A DNA stretch of 64,000 bases from Candidatus Micrarchaeota archaeon (GCA_026413765.1 JAOAKI010000004.1:97513-161512); one strand, 5' to 3'. Shown: positions 18,838-28,594, counted from the stretch's first letter. A program made the numbers and translations. Notes: a model not told the origin generated them from the sequence alone.

Positions 18838-21800
18838 CTACATAAATTCTGCAAGCCCTTTTTGCGGGCTTGCTTCTTCTGTGAACACAGAATTAATGTC
18901 TTTTTTGAGCAAATCCAGGCGTTGCCTTAGATAAAGTGGCAGATTGTAGCGGTTGATCGTATCTAATGCATGCTGGAGATATTTTGTAATCCCTCCCTTT
19001 GCAACAGTGAGCAAAAGCTTCCCTCCGCAATTGTTGCATTTCCCGCTCAACGGCACCCTGCGGTATTTGATTTTGCAATCGATGCATCTGAAATTTTGCT
19101 GGGAGAAGCTCCTCAAATTTCCGTATAAGTCTGGCAGAAAATGGTGCAATAACAGCCTTTCTGCAGCATCTGCCGCTTCAACTGCCGATATTTTTTCCTG
19201 CAATGCAAATTGCGCGTCAATTTTTTCAGCCATGTCTTTAAACTGCAGATATGATGTTATCTGAGGCCCAATTGAAATGCAACTTGTCTCATGCGTATAT
19301 TCAAGGCTCAAGTATTGTTCGGGCTTCCCAAGAACTTTTTTGACAATCTCCACGTTCGCATCTGATGGTGATGCCAATTTTGTAGTTTGCAGGTAAAATT
19401 CCAATGAGTAAGATTTGCATATTTCCATAGTATGGACTTCATCATCGATTTCACGCGGGTCAATTCTTGTTGTCAGGACCAATGGGGCATCCATTGTCCC
19501 GCCGCGTGATTCTGGCAAGAACGCTAAAGAAAAGTTAATGAGAGCATCCAAAAGCAATATTACACTGTCCTCATCTCCATCCGCATTTCTTCTTTTTGCC
19601 GCATGGAAATATGGGTGGGCAAATCCGACATTCGCGTCAGTGAATCCTATGACTCTGCCAAGCACAGCCGCGGATGTGTGTGGCGACAATCCAACCACAA
19701 GATGCCCGACCAAGTCTTCTTCCTTTTCCAATCTGTAGTAAGGCGCAATTCCGTATACTTTTTCTAGCAGCTCATCAATGAATTTCGCAACTCGGAAGAG
19801 ATATTTTGCGCCGTTTTTGGACAGTATTATATCTTGAACTTTGAGGGGGATTATTTGCTCATCCTCTTCAAGTGGCTTTCCATTTTTGTCGTGCGAATAG
19901 CCTAGCTCTTTTAGTTTTTCTATGCTTGTCCCTATTTCCTTTGGCTTGAAATGAGTCAATGGTACATCGGTCGCATCGAACCTGCTTGTCCCGTCTCTAA
20001 ATACATAGATTCTGTGTTTTGCCCTTAAGACCCCTTTTTCGAGTCTCTCCGGTATTTTTGATGAGGAAAATAAGCCTTCTACTCCTTTTATGTCCCCTAT
20101 CTCATCAATTGAAACCTTGCAGTTTTCCAAAGCCTTTTCGAAAAGAGACACAATATTGATGCTCCTTTTGTCCCATTTAGTCGTCTTTACTTTGCATTCT
20201 GGGCATTCATCAGCTTTTTGGTACCGATGGCATACATTGCAAACTGTTTGCTGCACTGCATAGCCGCCGCATACGCACTCGGTATAGATGGTTTGCCCCC
20301 CGCAGGCTTTGCATCTCAGCCTTGCAATTTCAACTTCTATCCCTCTTCCTTCTTTTTCAGCCCTTGATTTTAGTTTATTGTATATTTTTGTTATATTTGC
20401 ATTCTTGTCGATTGCTGTCCCAACGGGAAAGAGAACATTGACGCTCTTTTTCATTTTTCTTTCCCGCGCCTTTTCAGGTCGCCCCATTCTCGAGCCTATA
20501 TAGGTAGGTGCTTTTGCCATTATTTTCATGCCAGATATTTCAGACAAAAGTTCCAGAATCGGCTTTTTTTCATCAAATAGGGCTTCAAATTTTTCTCCTG
20601 TGATGTTCTTCTCAACCATGATTCCCATTGTTTTTAGCAGCGCATAAGCATCTTCTCCAGGTATTTTGATTTTGCCTTGCTCAACAATATGAGGGACGCA
20701 CAATTCTTCAAGAACAGCTTTTGTTGGCGACGACTCAAGTTCAAACGAATCAAGCCTGAACAGTCCATAATGCGGTGTTCCAGTTTTCAGCCACTCTGCT
20801 AGTTCTTTGAGCTGTTCGTGGGTGATGTTGTGCCAAAAGTACGTATATCTTGGATGCAACGGAATGCCTTTTTTTCTGCATAATGCAACAGCTTCCCCTG
20901 CTGTTAAATTATGCTTGATATTTTGCACGCCTTGTTTTTTTGCCTCTTGCTCAAACCACTCTTCGCACCATGCAGATGGCATGAGTGGGTGATTTGACTT
21001 CAAAAAATCTCCAACTGAAATTAAAATGTCGCCTAAGAATAGTATTTTTTGAATTTTACCATCCAGTTCTTTGGCTTGCTGAACAGTTTCTACTCTCACT
21101 ACAGAGCCGTCTATTAGTTTAACAACCGGCCCTTCAATTGTGTCGCAAGGAGTGACAACACAGCTTTTACCTGGTCTTTCAATTTTCATTTGCGTCCCTA
21201 CAGCCAAAAACGAGTCCAAGATATACATAGAGGCTGGATGGATAGCTTTACTCATAATGCCTGTTGCTCTTGTTCTGCCGTATCTTAACCTCCATCCACC
21301 TTTTTTTGACGGATAAGAAAAAATCACGCGGCCAGCAACTGATTCCTCCAAAAACCGATAATCAGGTTTTGGCAAAAATCCGCTTTCTTTGCTTGCAACT
21401 TTAATTATCGGCTCAAGCCAGCTCCAATCAAGATTAATTTTTTTAGTATATTTGCTTACTTTAGCCGCCTTTTGTGCAATCCCTTCACATATAACCAATG
21501 CTATTCCGCTTCTAATCCTATTTGTTGACACTCCATCTATGTCCCTGTAAACTGCGACTTCCTCCTCTTCGGTTGGATCGCCATCAATGCAAACTGGACA
21601 ATTTTTTACGATATGGCGTATATCATCATCGGGGGGACGGTATTGGAGATGCGCTGAGCGCGTCCCGTATATTCCAATTTCTTCTACATATCTTTCTATC
21701 TGGGTGTCTGTTGGTCGAAAATCGCCTATTTTTAGCTCACGCCTTGCAACGTCCCCAAGCACAACTGCTAAAGCCGCCACCGTGCCTCCTGCTGACCGAA

Positions 21801-22263
21801 TTGGCCCTGCAAAAAATATCGCAAGATACTCGCTTCCATCTGGGTTATTTCTGATCTCAACTTTGCTTATCCCCTCGGTAGGCGCCACCAAAACTCCTTC
21901 TGTAAGGATTCCAACGCCTGTCCTTATTGCTTGTTCAATCAGTCTGACTTTGTTGTTTTTGATTTCTGGTGGCAAATCAATTTCTCTATTGACGATCTTC
22001 TTTACTATATAATAGGCAATTCGTTCGCGTGATTCTCCGCTGCTTTCAAACTCTCTTATTAGGTTTGCTATGTTTGGCGGACCGACAATCCCTTCCACTC
22101 TTGCGGCAACATCGGCTGCCATTTTTATCTCAACATCCAGCGAGGGGTCAAGTTTTTTTAAGCGAGCCTTTTCCGCTATCCCATATGCTTCTTTCAGCTG
22201 AGCGTGCAGCTGCTGAAAATATTTTTCAGTCTCGTCGCAAGTATTTGGCCCCATCCAAACCAC
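18838..22263 (-). CDS. polC: DNA polymerase D large subunit DP2
   Basis: FAGPIRSAGGT, RLRYGRTR, YIGSRMGRPEKA, HAAKRRNADGDED catalytic motif, C-terminal Zn finger. Confidence 0.97.
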   Translation of the reverse strand: MVWMGPNTCDETEKYFQQLHAQLKEAYGIAEKARLKKLDPSLDVEIKMAADVAARVEGIVGPPNIANLIREFESSGESRERIAYYIVKKIVNREIDLPPEIKNNKVRLIEQAIRTGVGILTEGVLVAPTEGISKVEIRNNPDGSEYLAIFFAGPIRSAGGTVAALAVVLGDVARRELKIGDFRPTDTQIERYVEEIGIYGTRSAHLQYRPPDDDIRHIVKNCPVCIDGDPTEEEEVAVYRDIDGVSTNRIRSGIALVICEGIAQKAAKVSKYTKKINLDWSWLEPIIKVASKESGFLPKPDYRFLEESVAGRVIFSYPSKKGGWRLRYGRTRATGIMSKAIHPASMYILDSFLAVGTQMKIERPGKSCVVTPCDTIEGPVVKLIDGSVVRVETVQQAKELDGKIQKILFLGDILISVGDFLKSNHPLMPSAWCEEWFEQEAKKQGVQNIKHNLTAGEAVALCRKKGIPLHPRYTYFWHNITHEQLKELAEWLKTGTPHYGLFRLDSFELESSPTKAVLEELCVPHIVEQGKIKIPGEDAYALLKTMGIMVEKNITGEKFEALFDEKKPILELLSEISGMKIMAKAPTYIGSRMGRPEKARERKMKKSVNVLFPVGTAIDKNANITKIYNKLKSRAEKEGRGIEVEIARLRCKACGGQTIYTECVCGGYAVQQTVCNVCHRYQKADECPECKVKTTKWDKRSINIVSLFEKALENCKVSIDEIGDIKGVEGLFSSSKIPERLEKGVLRAKHRIYVFRDGTSRFDATDVPLTHFKPKEIGTSIEKLKELGYSHDKNGKPLEEDEQIIPLKVQDIILSKNGAKYLFRVAKFIDELLEKVYGIAPYYRLEKEEDLVGHLVVGLSPHTSAAVLGRVIGFTDANVGFAHPYFHAAKRRNADGDEDSVILLLDALINFSLAFLPESRGGTMDAPLVLTTRIDPREIDDEVHTMEICKSYSLEFYLQTTKLASPSDANVEIVKKVLGKPEQYLSLEYTHETSCISIGPQITSYLQFKDMAEKIDAQFALQEKISAVEAADAAERLLLHHFLPDLYGNLRSFSQQNFRCIDCKIKYRRVPLSGKCNNCGGKLLLTVAKGGITKYLQHALDTINRYNLPLYLRQRLDLLKKDINSVFTEEASPQKGLAEFM

Positions 22264-23723
22264 TATGATTCACGAAAGCTTATATGGTGCACTCTCCCAC
22301 TTTTTGTTTCTAAAATAGGCACAACGCATGGTGTTGGCACATGCCCAAGCTTCACTTGGTATTCTGTCCGATCTTGGAATGTGCCACTATTGATGAGCAA
22401 TGCTCCACGGTAGAGCATAAGGCCGTTTTTGTGCACATGGCCCATGTGCACTACATCTGGCTCTTCTTCAATAACCAAGTAGTCCGTTCCTTCAGGAACA
22501 ATGAGATTGTCCCCATAAATTGGCGATAGGTGGCGCCTTTTGACAAGTTCCATCATAGCTTCTTCTGGTTTTGAATAGGTCAGGCCGCTTAAACTTGCAA
22601 TTATTGAATCAAGTGAAGTGCCATGATAGATTAAGTGCCTCAGACCTTCGATTTCAACCGTTGCTGGGTTGCTTGTTCTTATTACATCTGTTTTTAGCAA
22701 GTCGTACGGAATTATTGGCTGTGGTTCGGCCCTTCTTACTGCATCATGATTGCCAGGAGCCACTATGACTTCAATATAATCAGGAATATACTCTAATGCC
22801 TTGTCCACAAGCTCGTATTGCTGATAGATATCTTTAACGGCAAGCTCCTTTTCCTGTTCAGGATAGATGCCAATCCCATCTACAACGTCGCCGCAAATGA
22901 CTATGTATTTTATCTTGCCGGCAAGCTCTTTTTTTCCTTCTGCACCATTTAACCAATTTATAAACCTGAAAAATTCCTTGTCTAAAAATTTTTTGCTGCC
23001 AAAATGCAAATCTGAAAGATATGCTATTGCCAGGTCATTCTCGGCCTTTTTTTGTTCTCTTGCAAACGGCAAATCTGGCCAGGTTATTGAATCAGAAATA
23101 AACAATTCACCAATACTTTTGCCATCAAAAGCGACGATATCGTCAAGAAGCATTCTTTGTGCAGCTTTAAATGCATCTGTGTCCTTATTTATGACAACTT
23201 TCGCATTCCCTTCTTCATCTTCAACGTCAAAAAGAATATTGCCTTTTTTTGTAATTCTCTTGTCCGTCACCATCCCGATTAATCTGACCTTTGCGTCTAT
23301 CACCTCTTTCACTTGGGATGTCGTAATCATTGGGTAAGGGCTGTTCCGCGTCTTCAAAATTTTTGAAATCCGCTGGAAGCGATTTCGAAAATAATTAACA
23401 AAATCCTCCAATTTGCCGGTGCAATTTGTCTTTCCGCTCACATCGCTTTTGCTTATCAAGCGAACGTTTGAATCATACTCCTTTGCCAGCGGCTTAAAAT
23501 CAGGCGAACGGCTGATGACTGCCTGAGTGGGTACTTTTTCTTGAATTGATATTAATTTCTCAATTGTTTCAAGGTTGATGATGGGCGAGTCTAACTTACT
23601 TATTTTTTCGATGACTTCTGGCTCGATTTTGTTGTTTTCGATGAAGTCATAAGCTTCTGGCGTAAGCCGTACGCCTTTCTTGTATAGCTCTACAATGTCG
23701 GTTTGCATCTTTCCCACATCCAT
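22263..23723 (-). CDS. polB: DNA polymerase D small subunit DP1 (3'-5' exonuclease)
   Basis: OB fold plus phosphoesterase motifs LSDLHFGS, GDVVDGIGIYP, PGNHD, YHG, HMGHVH. Confidence 0.96.
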   Translation of the reverse strand: MDVGKMQTDIVELYKKGVRLTPEAYDFIENNKIEPEVIEKISKLDSPIINLETIEKLISIQEKVPTQAVISRSPDFKPLAKEYDSNVRLISKSDVSGKTNCTGKLEDFVNYFRNRFQRISKILKTRNSPYPMITTSQVKEVIDAKVRLIGMVTDKRITKKGNILFDVEDEEGNAKVVINKDTDAFKAAQRMLLDDIVAFDGKSIGELFISDSITWPDLPFAREQKKAENDLAIAYLSDLHFGSKKFLDKEFFRFINWLNGAEGKKELAGKIKYIVICGDVVDGIGIYPEQEKELAVKDIYQQYELVDKALEYIPDYIEVIVAPGNHDAVRRAEPQPIIPYDLLKTDVIRTSNPATVEIEGLRHLIYHGTSLDSIIASLSGLTYSKPEEAMMELVKRRHLSPIYGDNLIVPEGTDYLVIEEEPDVVHMGHVHKNGLMLYRGALLINSGTFQDRTEYQVKLGHVPTPCVVPILETKSGRVHHISFRES

Positions 23724-23809
23724 TGAATGCTGCTGATTGCCTCATTCGGCTTGCAGCTTTGCGCATAATGAGAAGCATGCATTGCTCCACAATGCACGCT
23801 TTCCTTCAT

Positions 23810-24064
23810 TCATTGCGGCTTGATTGATTCGAGGGCAGAAAGTATCGCCCACATTTGAGTCCTTGCATGCATAGGTATGTTTATGTCTTCACTTACTCCT
23901 TCGATGGCATAGATTGCCGCAGATATCCTCGTTGAAAGGTCGTCTTTGCTTTTGAGCCTTTCTTTTGCTTCCGCAAGAGCTCTTCTGATATTTTTCGGCA
24001 CCGTAGTGTCTTCACCCAATGTCTCAATCATTTCAATAATCTGCGCGACCTTTTTTTCCACCAT
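23810..24064 (-). CDS. UPF0147 family protein
   Basis: EDTTVPKNIRRA...EDINIPMHARTQMW; GAGGGTG SD-like motif upstream of MVEKK. Confidence 0.85.
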   Translation of the reverse strand: MVEKKVAQIIEMIETLGEDTTVPKNIRRALAEAKERLKSKDDLSTRISAAIYAIEGVSEDINIPMHARTQMWAILSALESIKPQ

Positions 24065-24132
24065 AATAACACCCTCTATTTCTAGTGATTGTAAGCCCTC
24101 TACCAGTCCTTTTTGGAATTTAAAGGAACTAA

Positions 24133-24140
24133 ATTTATAA
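24133..24140 (+). promoter_or_regulatory. TATA box upstream of tRNA-Arg
   Basis: ATTTATAA about 25-30 nt upstream of the tRNA 5' end. Confidence 0.55.
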
Positions 24141-24164
24141 TCATTCAACCAAAATATTTTATTA

Positions 24165-24271
24165 GGGCCCGTGGCGCAGGCTGGATAGCGCGGCAGACTT
24201 CTAGCGGTTCCCCTCTTTGTGGGTATGCGGCAGGAATCTGAAGGTCGTGAGTTCAAATCTCACCGGGCCCG
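24165..24271 (+). tRNA. tRNA-Arg(UCU) with a 32-nt intron at 37/38 (24204-24235); CCA not encoded
   Basis: Acceptor GGGCCCG/CGGGCCC, D arm GCGC..GCGC, anticodon arm GCAGA-CT TCT A[intron]A-TCTGA, T arm GTGAG-TTCAAAT-CTCAC. Confidence 0.9.
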
Positions 24272-24273
24272 CT

Positions 24274-24936
24274 ATGCAGTCAGCTACACGAATAAAAAAA
24301 GGCAAGATAGAGAAAGTAATCACAATTCTGAAAAAAACTTACCCTAACGCCCGCTGCACGCTCAATTATAAAACACCAATCGAACTTCTTGTTGCCACGA
24401 TTTTGTCTGCGCAATGCACTGATGAAAGAGTAAACAAATTGACACCCCCTCTTTTTTCAAAATATAGGAAGGCCGAAGATTTTGCAGAAGCTCCTCTGTC
24501 CGATCTCAAGCGCTATATCAAGTCTGCTGGATTTTATAACACCAAAGCAAGATATATCAAAGAAGCTTGCAGAATAATTCACCAAAAATATGGTGGCAAA
24601 TTGCCAAATCAGATGAAGCAGCTTCTTGAGCTTCCAGGGGTCGGCAGAAAAACCGCAAATATACTGCTGGGAAATATATATGGGATTCATGAGGGCATCC
24701 CGATCGACACGCATGCCTATAGAATTAGCAGGAGGCTAGGCTGGACAGTCAAAAATAGCCCTGAGGCTATAGAATTCGACCTAATGAAAATCATTCCAAA
24801 AAAATATTGGCTAAAGATTTCGGATTTGTTTGTCCATCATGGGAGGGCAATTTGCAAAGCTAAAAAGCCTGCCTGTAGCCGCTGCCCTATTTCTGCCTAT
24901 TGTCCAAAAATAGGAGTCAAAAGAGTTGCAAAATAG
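24274..24936 (+). CDS. nth: Endonuclease III
   Basis: LLVATILSAQCTD, HhH LPGVGRKTAN, IDTH, 4Fe-4S motif CKAKKPACSRCPISAYC. Confidence 0.95.
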   Translation: MQSATRIKKGKIEKVITILKKTYPNARCTLNYKTPIELLVATILSAQCTDERVNKLTPPLFSKYRKAEDFAEAPLSDLKRYIKSAGFYNTKARYIKEACRIIHQKYGGKLPNQMKQLLELPGVGRKTANILLGNIYGIHEGIPIDTHAYRISRRLGWTVKNSPEAIEFDLMKIIPKKYWLKISDLFVHHGRAICKAKKPACSRCPISAYCPKIGVKRVAK

Positions 24937-25428
24937 CTACTTGAGAACAACCAGATTCGTCATTCCTCGCCTCTTTCTCTCTATGAGGCCGCGCTGCTCT
25001 AGCCTGTCTAATATTCTTGAAACTTTGACTTTTGTGAAGCCGGTTTTTTTCACTATTTCGGATTGAAATATTGATCCGTCTGAATTTTGTACCAATCCTA
25101 ATACAATTTTTTCATTTTGATCTTTTATTTTCTCTAAATCAAAGTTTGTAATTATTTTTCTTTCTGTCAAGGGCAAAGCTTCTTCTTTCTTTGAAAAAAT
25201 CAAGTAGATTGCGCCAAAAACTATGACAATATTGAGGAATAAAAGGAGCAGGATTACCATATTTTGCGTTTCAACAACTTTTTTGTGAGGACAGTCACCG
25301 TTTTCGTGCATGCAACTTTCCGCTGAAAGCTCATTGAGGGCGTTGTTGTAAAAGTAAATTGTTATTCCAGAAATGACAAGTACTATCAATAAAGTGATTA
25401 CCAAACTCGTTGAATTCTGAAACTTCAT
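24937..25428 (-). CDS. Membrane-anchored winged-helix transcription regulator
   Basis: Two TM helices flanking SCMHENGDCPH; C-terminal FQSEIVKKTGFTKVKVSRILDRLEQRGLIERKRRGMTNLV wHTH. Confidence 0.8.
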   Translation of the reverse strand: MKFQNSTSLVITLLIVLVISGITIYFYNNALNELSAESCMHENGDCPHKKVVETQNMVILLLLFLNIVIVFGAIYLIFSKKEEALPLTERKIITNFDLEKIKDQNEKIVLGLVQNSDGSIFQSEIVKKTGFTKVKVSRILDRLEQRGLIERKRRGMTNLVVLK

Positions 25429-25444
25429 GAAACTCCTCCTCTAT

Positions 25445-25473
25445 GAAACTAGTTTCGCCAATACATATTTAAG
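25445..25473. promoter_or_regulatory. Divergent promoter region: palindrome GAAACTAGTTTC plus TATA-like TATTTAAG
   Basis: Perfect 12-bp palindrome at 25445-25456 between the regulator and copZ starts. Confidence 0.45.
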
Positions 25474-25507
25474 TTGTTATCTATCCGCTTTCTGAGTTGG
25501 GGTGGCT

Positions 25508-25708
25508 ATGAAAAGAACTTTGTATATTGAAGGAATGCACTGCGCCTCGTGTGAAAAGCTTATTGCGATGAATCTGCTAAAAATAGCCGGTGTCAAAGCG
25601 GTAAAGGCAGACGCGCAAAAAGGGATTGTGGAGATAGAGGGAGAAGGTTACGATTTAGCAGTGGTCCGAAAAGCAGTCCAAGCGGCAGGATACAAAGTTA
25701 AGAGGTAA
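25508..25708 (+). CDS. copZ: Heavy-metal-associated (HMA) domain copper chaperone
   Basis: IEGMHCASC motif; single domain ending AVQAAGYKV. Confidence 0.85.
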   Translation: MKRTLYIEGMHCASCEKLIAMNLLKIAGVKAVKADAQKGIVEIEGEGYDLAVVRKAVQAAGYKVKR

Positions 25709-25712
25709 TAAA

Positions 25713-26438
25713 ATGGGCGAGGAGGAAGCGGACATCTTTTCTGAATTAAAGTCTTTCTTGCATTCTTCAATTTTTGGAGTAGGCACTCACAAACTTGAGC
25801 ATAAGATCTTGCGATATGCAACATACACATTTTTATCCCAGCTATTTGCCCTCGGGCTGGTCTATTATTTTTACTCCTCTTCTATTCAAAATTCAGAAAT
25901 TTTGTTCCCATATCTCTTGTATACAATAATTTCATCGGTTGCGGTTTCAGCTTCTTCATTTTACCATTATGCCCATCGCCTGAGCTTTACCTGCATGGAA
26001 GGGATGATGGCTGGCATGACAAATGGGATGATTGCTGGCTTTCTTTTTGGCGCCATCACAGGCGCCACAAACGGAATGTTTGTAGGGAGTTTGGTTGGGA
26101 TGTTTGTTGGCATGGCAATTGGTTTATGGTGCGGAAAGTGCTGTGGCATAATGGGTACACTTGAAGGTCTGATGGCTGGATTGATGGCAGGCCCAATGGG
26201 TGCAATGTTATCTGTCATGATGCTCTTTGACAATTTGGCTATTTTCATTCCTATTTTGGTTTTTGCTTGCATCATTATTCTTGTTGCGTTTGGGTATATG
26301 GTCAGGACCACTGCGGCTGCTCGCACAGAAGGAAAAGATGTCGGATTTTTGCCATTTTTCCTTTTCGCTCTTTTTCTGACTTTGTTTGTGCACCTTATTG
26401 TCTTGTTCGGTCCTCGCTCTACATCCGTGGTTGTATGA
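25713..26438 (+). CDS. Met/Gly/Cys-rich multi-pass membrane protein in the cop operon
   Basis: CMEGMMAGMTNGMIAG...GMFVGMAIGLWCGKCCGIMG...GLMAGLMAGPMGAM; stop overlaps the copA start (ATGA). Confidence 0.75.
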   Translation: MGEEEADIFSELKSFLHSSIFGVGTHKLEHKILRYATYTFLSQLFALGLVYYFYSSSIQNSEILFPYLLYTIISSVAVSASSFYHYAHRLSFTCMEGMMAGMTNGMIAGFLFGAITGATNGMFVGSLVGMFVGMAIGLWCGKCCGIMGTLEGLMAGLMAGPMGAMLSVMMLFDNLAIFIPILVFACIIILVAFGYMVRTTAAARTEGKDVGFLPFFLFALFLTLFVHLIVLFGPRSTSVVV

Positions 26439-28594
26439 AACGTGAAGATTTTACGATCAATGGCATGCATTGCGCTTCCTGTGCGGCACTCATAAGAAGT
26501 AAACTCCTGTCACTGCCTGGTGTAAAAAACGCTAATGTAAATTTTGCCGCTGCAAGGGCACAGGTAGAATACGACAATACAATTCTAACTCAGAGTGAGA
26601 TCGTCAATGCTATCACATCTTTGGGCTATTCAGTATCTGTTGGTTTTGACCCTCAAAGAGAAAAACTCGAGCGACAAAAAGAGATTTCCAGCTTGAGAAA
26701 AAAGCTGATTATCAGCCTTCTGCTAACTATTCCCACCATCATTATTGGTATGTTTTTGATGGATTTCCCTAATAGAATGTTGATACTTTTTTTGCTTGCA
26801 ACGCCAGTCCAGTTTTTTGTCGGCTGGCAGTTTTATCTTGGTGCATTTTCTGCACTGCGCAACCGATCTGCAACGATGGATACGCTAATTGCTATTGGCA
26901 CTTCTGCAGCATATGTTTATTCGCTTGGAGCAGTTTTTGGTCTGGCAACTGAACAATATTTTGAGGTTTCAACAACACTCATCACGCTTGTCGTAGCTGG
27001 AAAATATCTTGAAGCAATTGCAAAAGGTAGAGCAAGCGAGGCAATTCGCAAAATGCTTGCTTTATCCCCAAAGTTTGCGCATGTGAAAAAAGGCAGCAAA
27101 GAGGTCAAGGTCCCTATTGAGAATGTAAAAAAGAATGATATTGTAATCATCAAGCCTGGTGAAAGAATACCTGTCGATGGAATTGTGTTATCGGGTCACT
27201 CGACTGTTGATGAGTCAATCATTACAGGAGAGCCAATTCCAGTGGAGAAGGCTCCAAAATCTCGTGTTGTTGCTGGCTCAATAAATCGACATGGCATACT
27301 TGTCATAAGAGCCCTATGCGATGGGAAAGATTCCACAATTGCGCGAATAATAAAATTGGTTGAAGAAGCTCAAGGCAGCCATGCGCCAATCCAAAGGTTT
27401 GCAGACATCGTAAGTTCTTATTTTGTTCCGCTCATTATATTTGTAGCCTCTACCACTTTTGTCTATTGGTTCGTAGTTGCCAATTTGCCGCTTTCGACTG
27501 CGCTTATGTTTGCGATCTCCGTGCTTGTCATTGCCTGCCCTTGTGCATTGGGCTTAGCCACTCCCACCGCACTTATTGTTGGGATTGGGATAGGCGCGCA
27601 GCGTGGCATTTTAATCAAGAATGCAGAGGCGCTAGAATCACTGCATAAAGTCAATGCTATTGTTTTTGACAAAACCGGTACTCTAACAAAGGGCAAGCCG
27701 GCAGTAACAGATATTGTGACATTTTATCGCTATGATAAGAGAAAACTGCTTACAATCTTAGCTTCGCTAGAGAAATACTCTGAGCATCCGCTGGCAGAAT
27801 GCATTTTGGAGGAAGCAAAAAAGAATCAAATATCCACATTAACTGTCCAAGATTTCAAATCTATTCCAGGATACGGCATAACTGGCAAAATTAAAGGAAT
27901 GCAGTTTTACGCAGGAAACCAAAAGCTTTTCAACCCTATACCAGCCAAAATCATGCGTGCCACTGCCACCTTAGAAAATGAAGGCAAGACGGTATTTTTC
28001 ATTGGGCAAAAGAAAAAAATAATCGGCCTTGTCGCAGTATCTGACGAAATAAAGCCAACGGCAGCGCAAGCTGTTGCTGAGCTCAAAAAAGAAAAAATAG
28101 AGTGCTGGCTGATTACTGGGGACAACCAGAGAGTAGCAAATGCGGTCGCAAGGAAAATAGGCATCCAAAACTTTTTCGCAAACGTTCTGCCCGAAAAAAA
28201 GGCGGAATATATCAAAGAGTTGCAGAAAAAGGGAAAATTCGTTGCAATGGTTGGTGATGGAATCAATGATGCACCTGCATTAGCGGCGGCAGATGTTGGA
28301 ATTGCAGTTGGATCAGGAACAGATGTTGCACTAGAGAGCGGAAGCATAGTCCTCCTGCGTTCCGATCCAATGGATGTCGTGCATAGCTTTCGACTTGGAA
28401 AAGCGACATTAAACAAGATTCGGCAAAACATGTTTTGGGCATTTATATACAATGTTTTGGGAATTCCCATCGCAGCCGGAGTTTTTTATTCCAGTGGCTT
28501 AGCCCTGTCTCCAATAATTGCAGGAGCAGCAATGGCTCTTTCAAGCATCTCGGTGGTGGTTAATGCAATATTGTTGAATTTTGAAAGAATATAA
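26435..28594 (+). CDS. copA: Copper-translocating P1B-type ATPase
   Basis: GMHCASC, TGEP, CPC, DKTGTLT, SEHPLA, MVGDGINDAP, YN...MALSSISV (Cu+ type); true start MKREDF at 26435. Confidence 0.95.
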   Translation: MKREDFTINGMHCASCAALIRSKLLSLPGVKNANVNFAAARAQVEYDNTILTQSEIVNAITSLGYSVSVGFDPQREKLERQKEISSLRKKLIISLLLTIPTIIIGMFLMDFPNRMLILFLLATPVQFFVGWQFYLGAFSALRNRSATMDTLIAIGTSAAYVYSLGAVFGLATEQYFEVSTTLITLVVAGKYLEAIAKGRASEAIRKMLALSPKFAHVKKGSKEVKVPIENVKKNDIVIIKPGERIPVDGIVLSGHSTVDESIITGEPIPVEKAPKSRVVAGSINRHGILVIRALCDGKDSTIARIIKLVEEAQGSHAPIQRFADIVSSYFVPLIIFVASTTFVYWFVVANLPLSTALMFAISVLVIACPCALGLATPTALIVGIGIGAQRGILIKNAEALESLHKVNAIVFDKTGTLTKGKPAVTDIVTFYRYDKRKLLTILASLEKYSEHPLAECILEEAKKNQISTLTVQDFKSIPGYGITGKIKGMQFYAGNQKLFNPIPAKIMRATATLENEGKTVFFIGQKKKIIGLVAVSDEIKPTAAQAVAELKKEKIECWLITGDNQRVANAVARKIGIQNFFANVLPEKKAEYIKELQKKGKFVAMVGDGINDAPALAAADVGIAVGSGTDVALESGSIVLLRSDPMDVVHSFRLGKATLNKIRQNMFWAFIYNVLGIPIAAGVFYSSGLALSPIIAGAAMALSSISVVVNAILLNFERI

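Noticed and set aside
18838-22263. Possible intein in PolD DP2
   Set aside because: The usual insertion region HAAKRRNADGDED is uninterrupted and the 1141-aa length is normal.
24065-24273. N-terminal extensions of the UPF0147 and nth ORFs
   Set aside because: They run through the tRNA gene and its promoter, so they are artefacts of longest-ORF calling.
26267-26434. Cys-rich N-terminal extension of CopA in the ORF track
   Set aside because: It overlaps the upstream membrane protein gene in another frame; the ATG at 26435 with an ATGA overlap is the plausible start.
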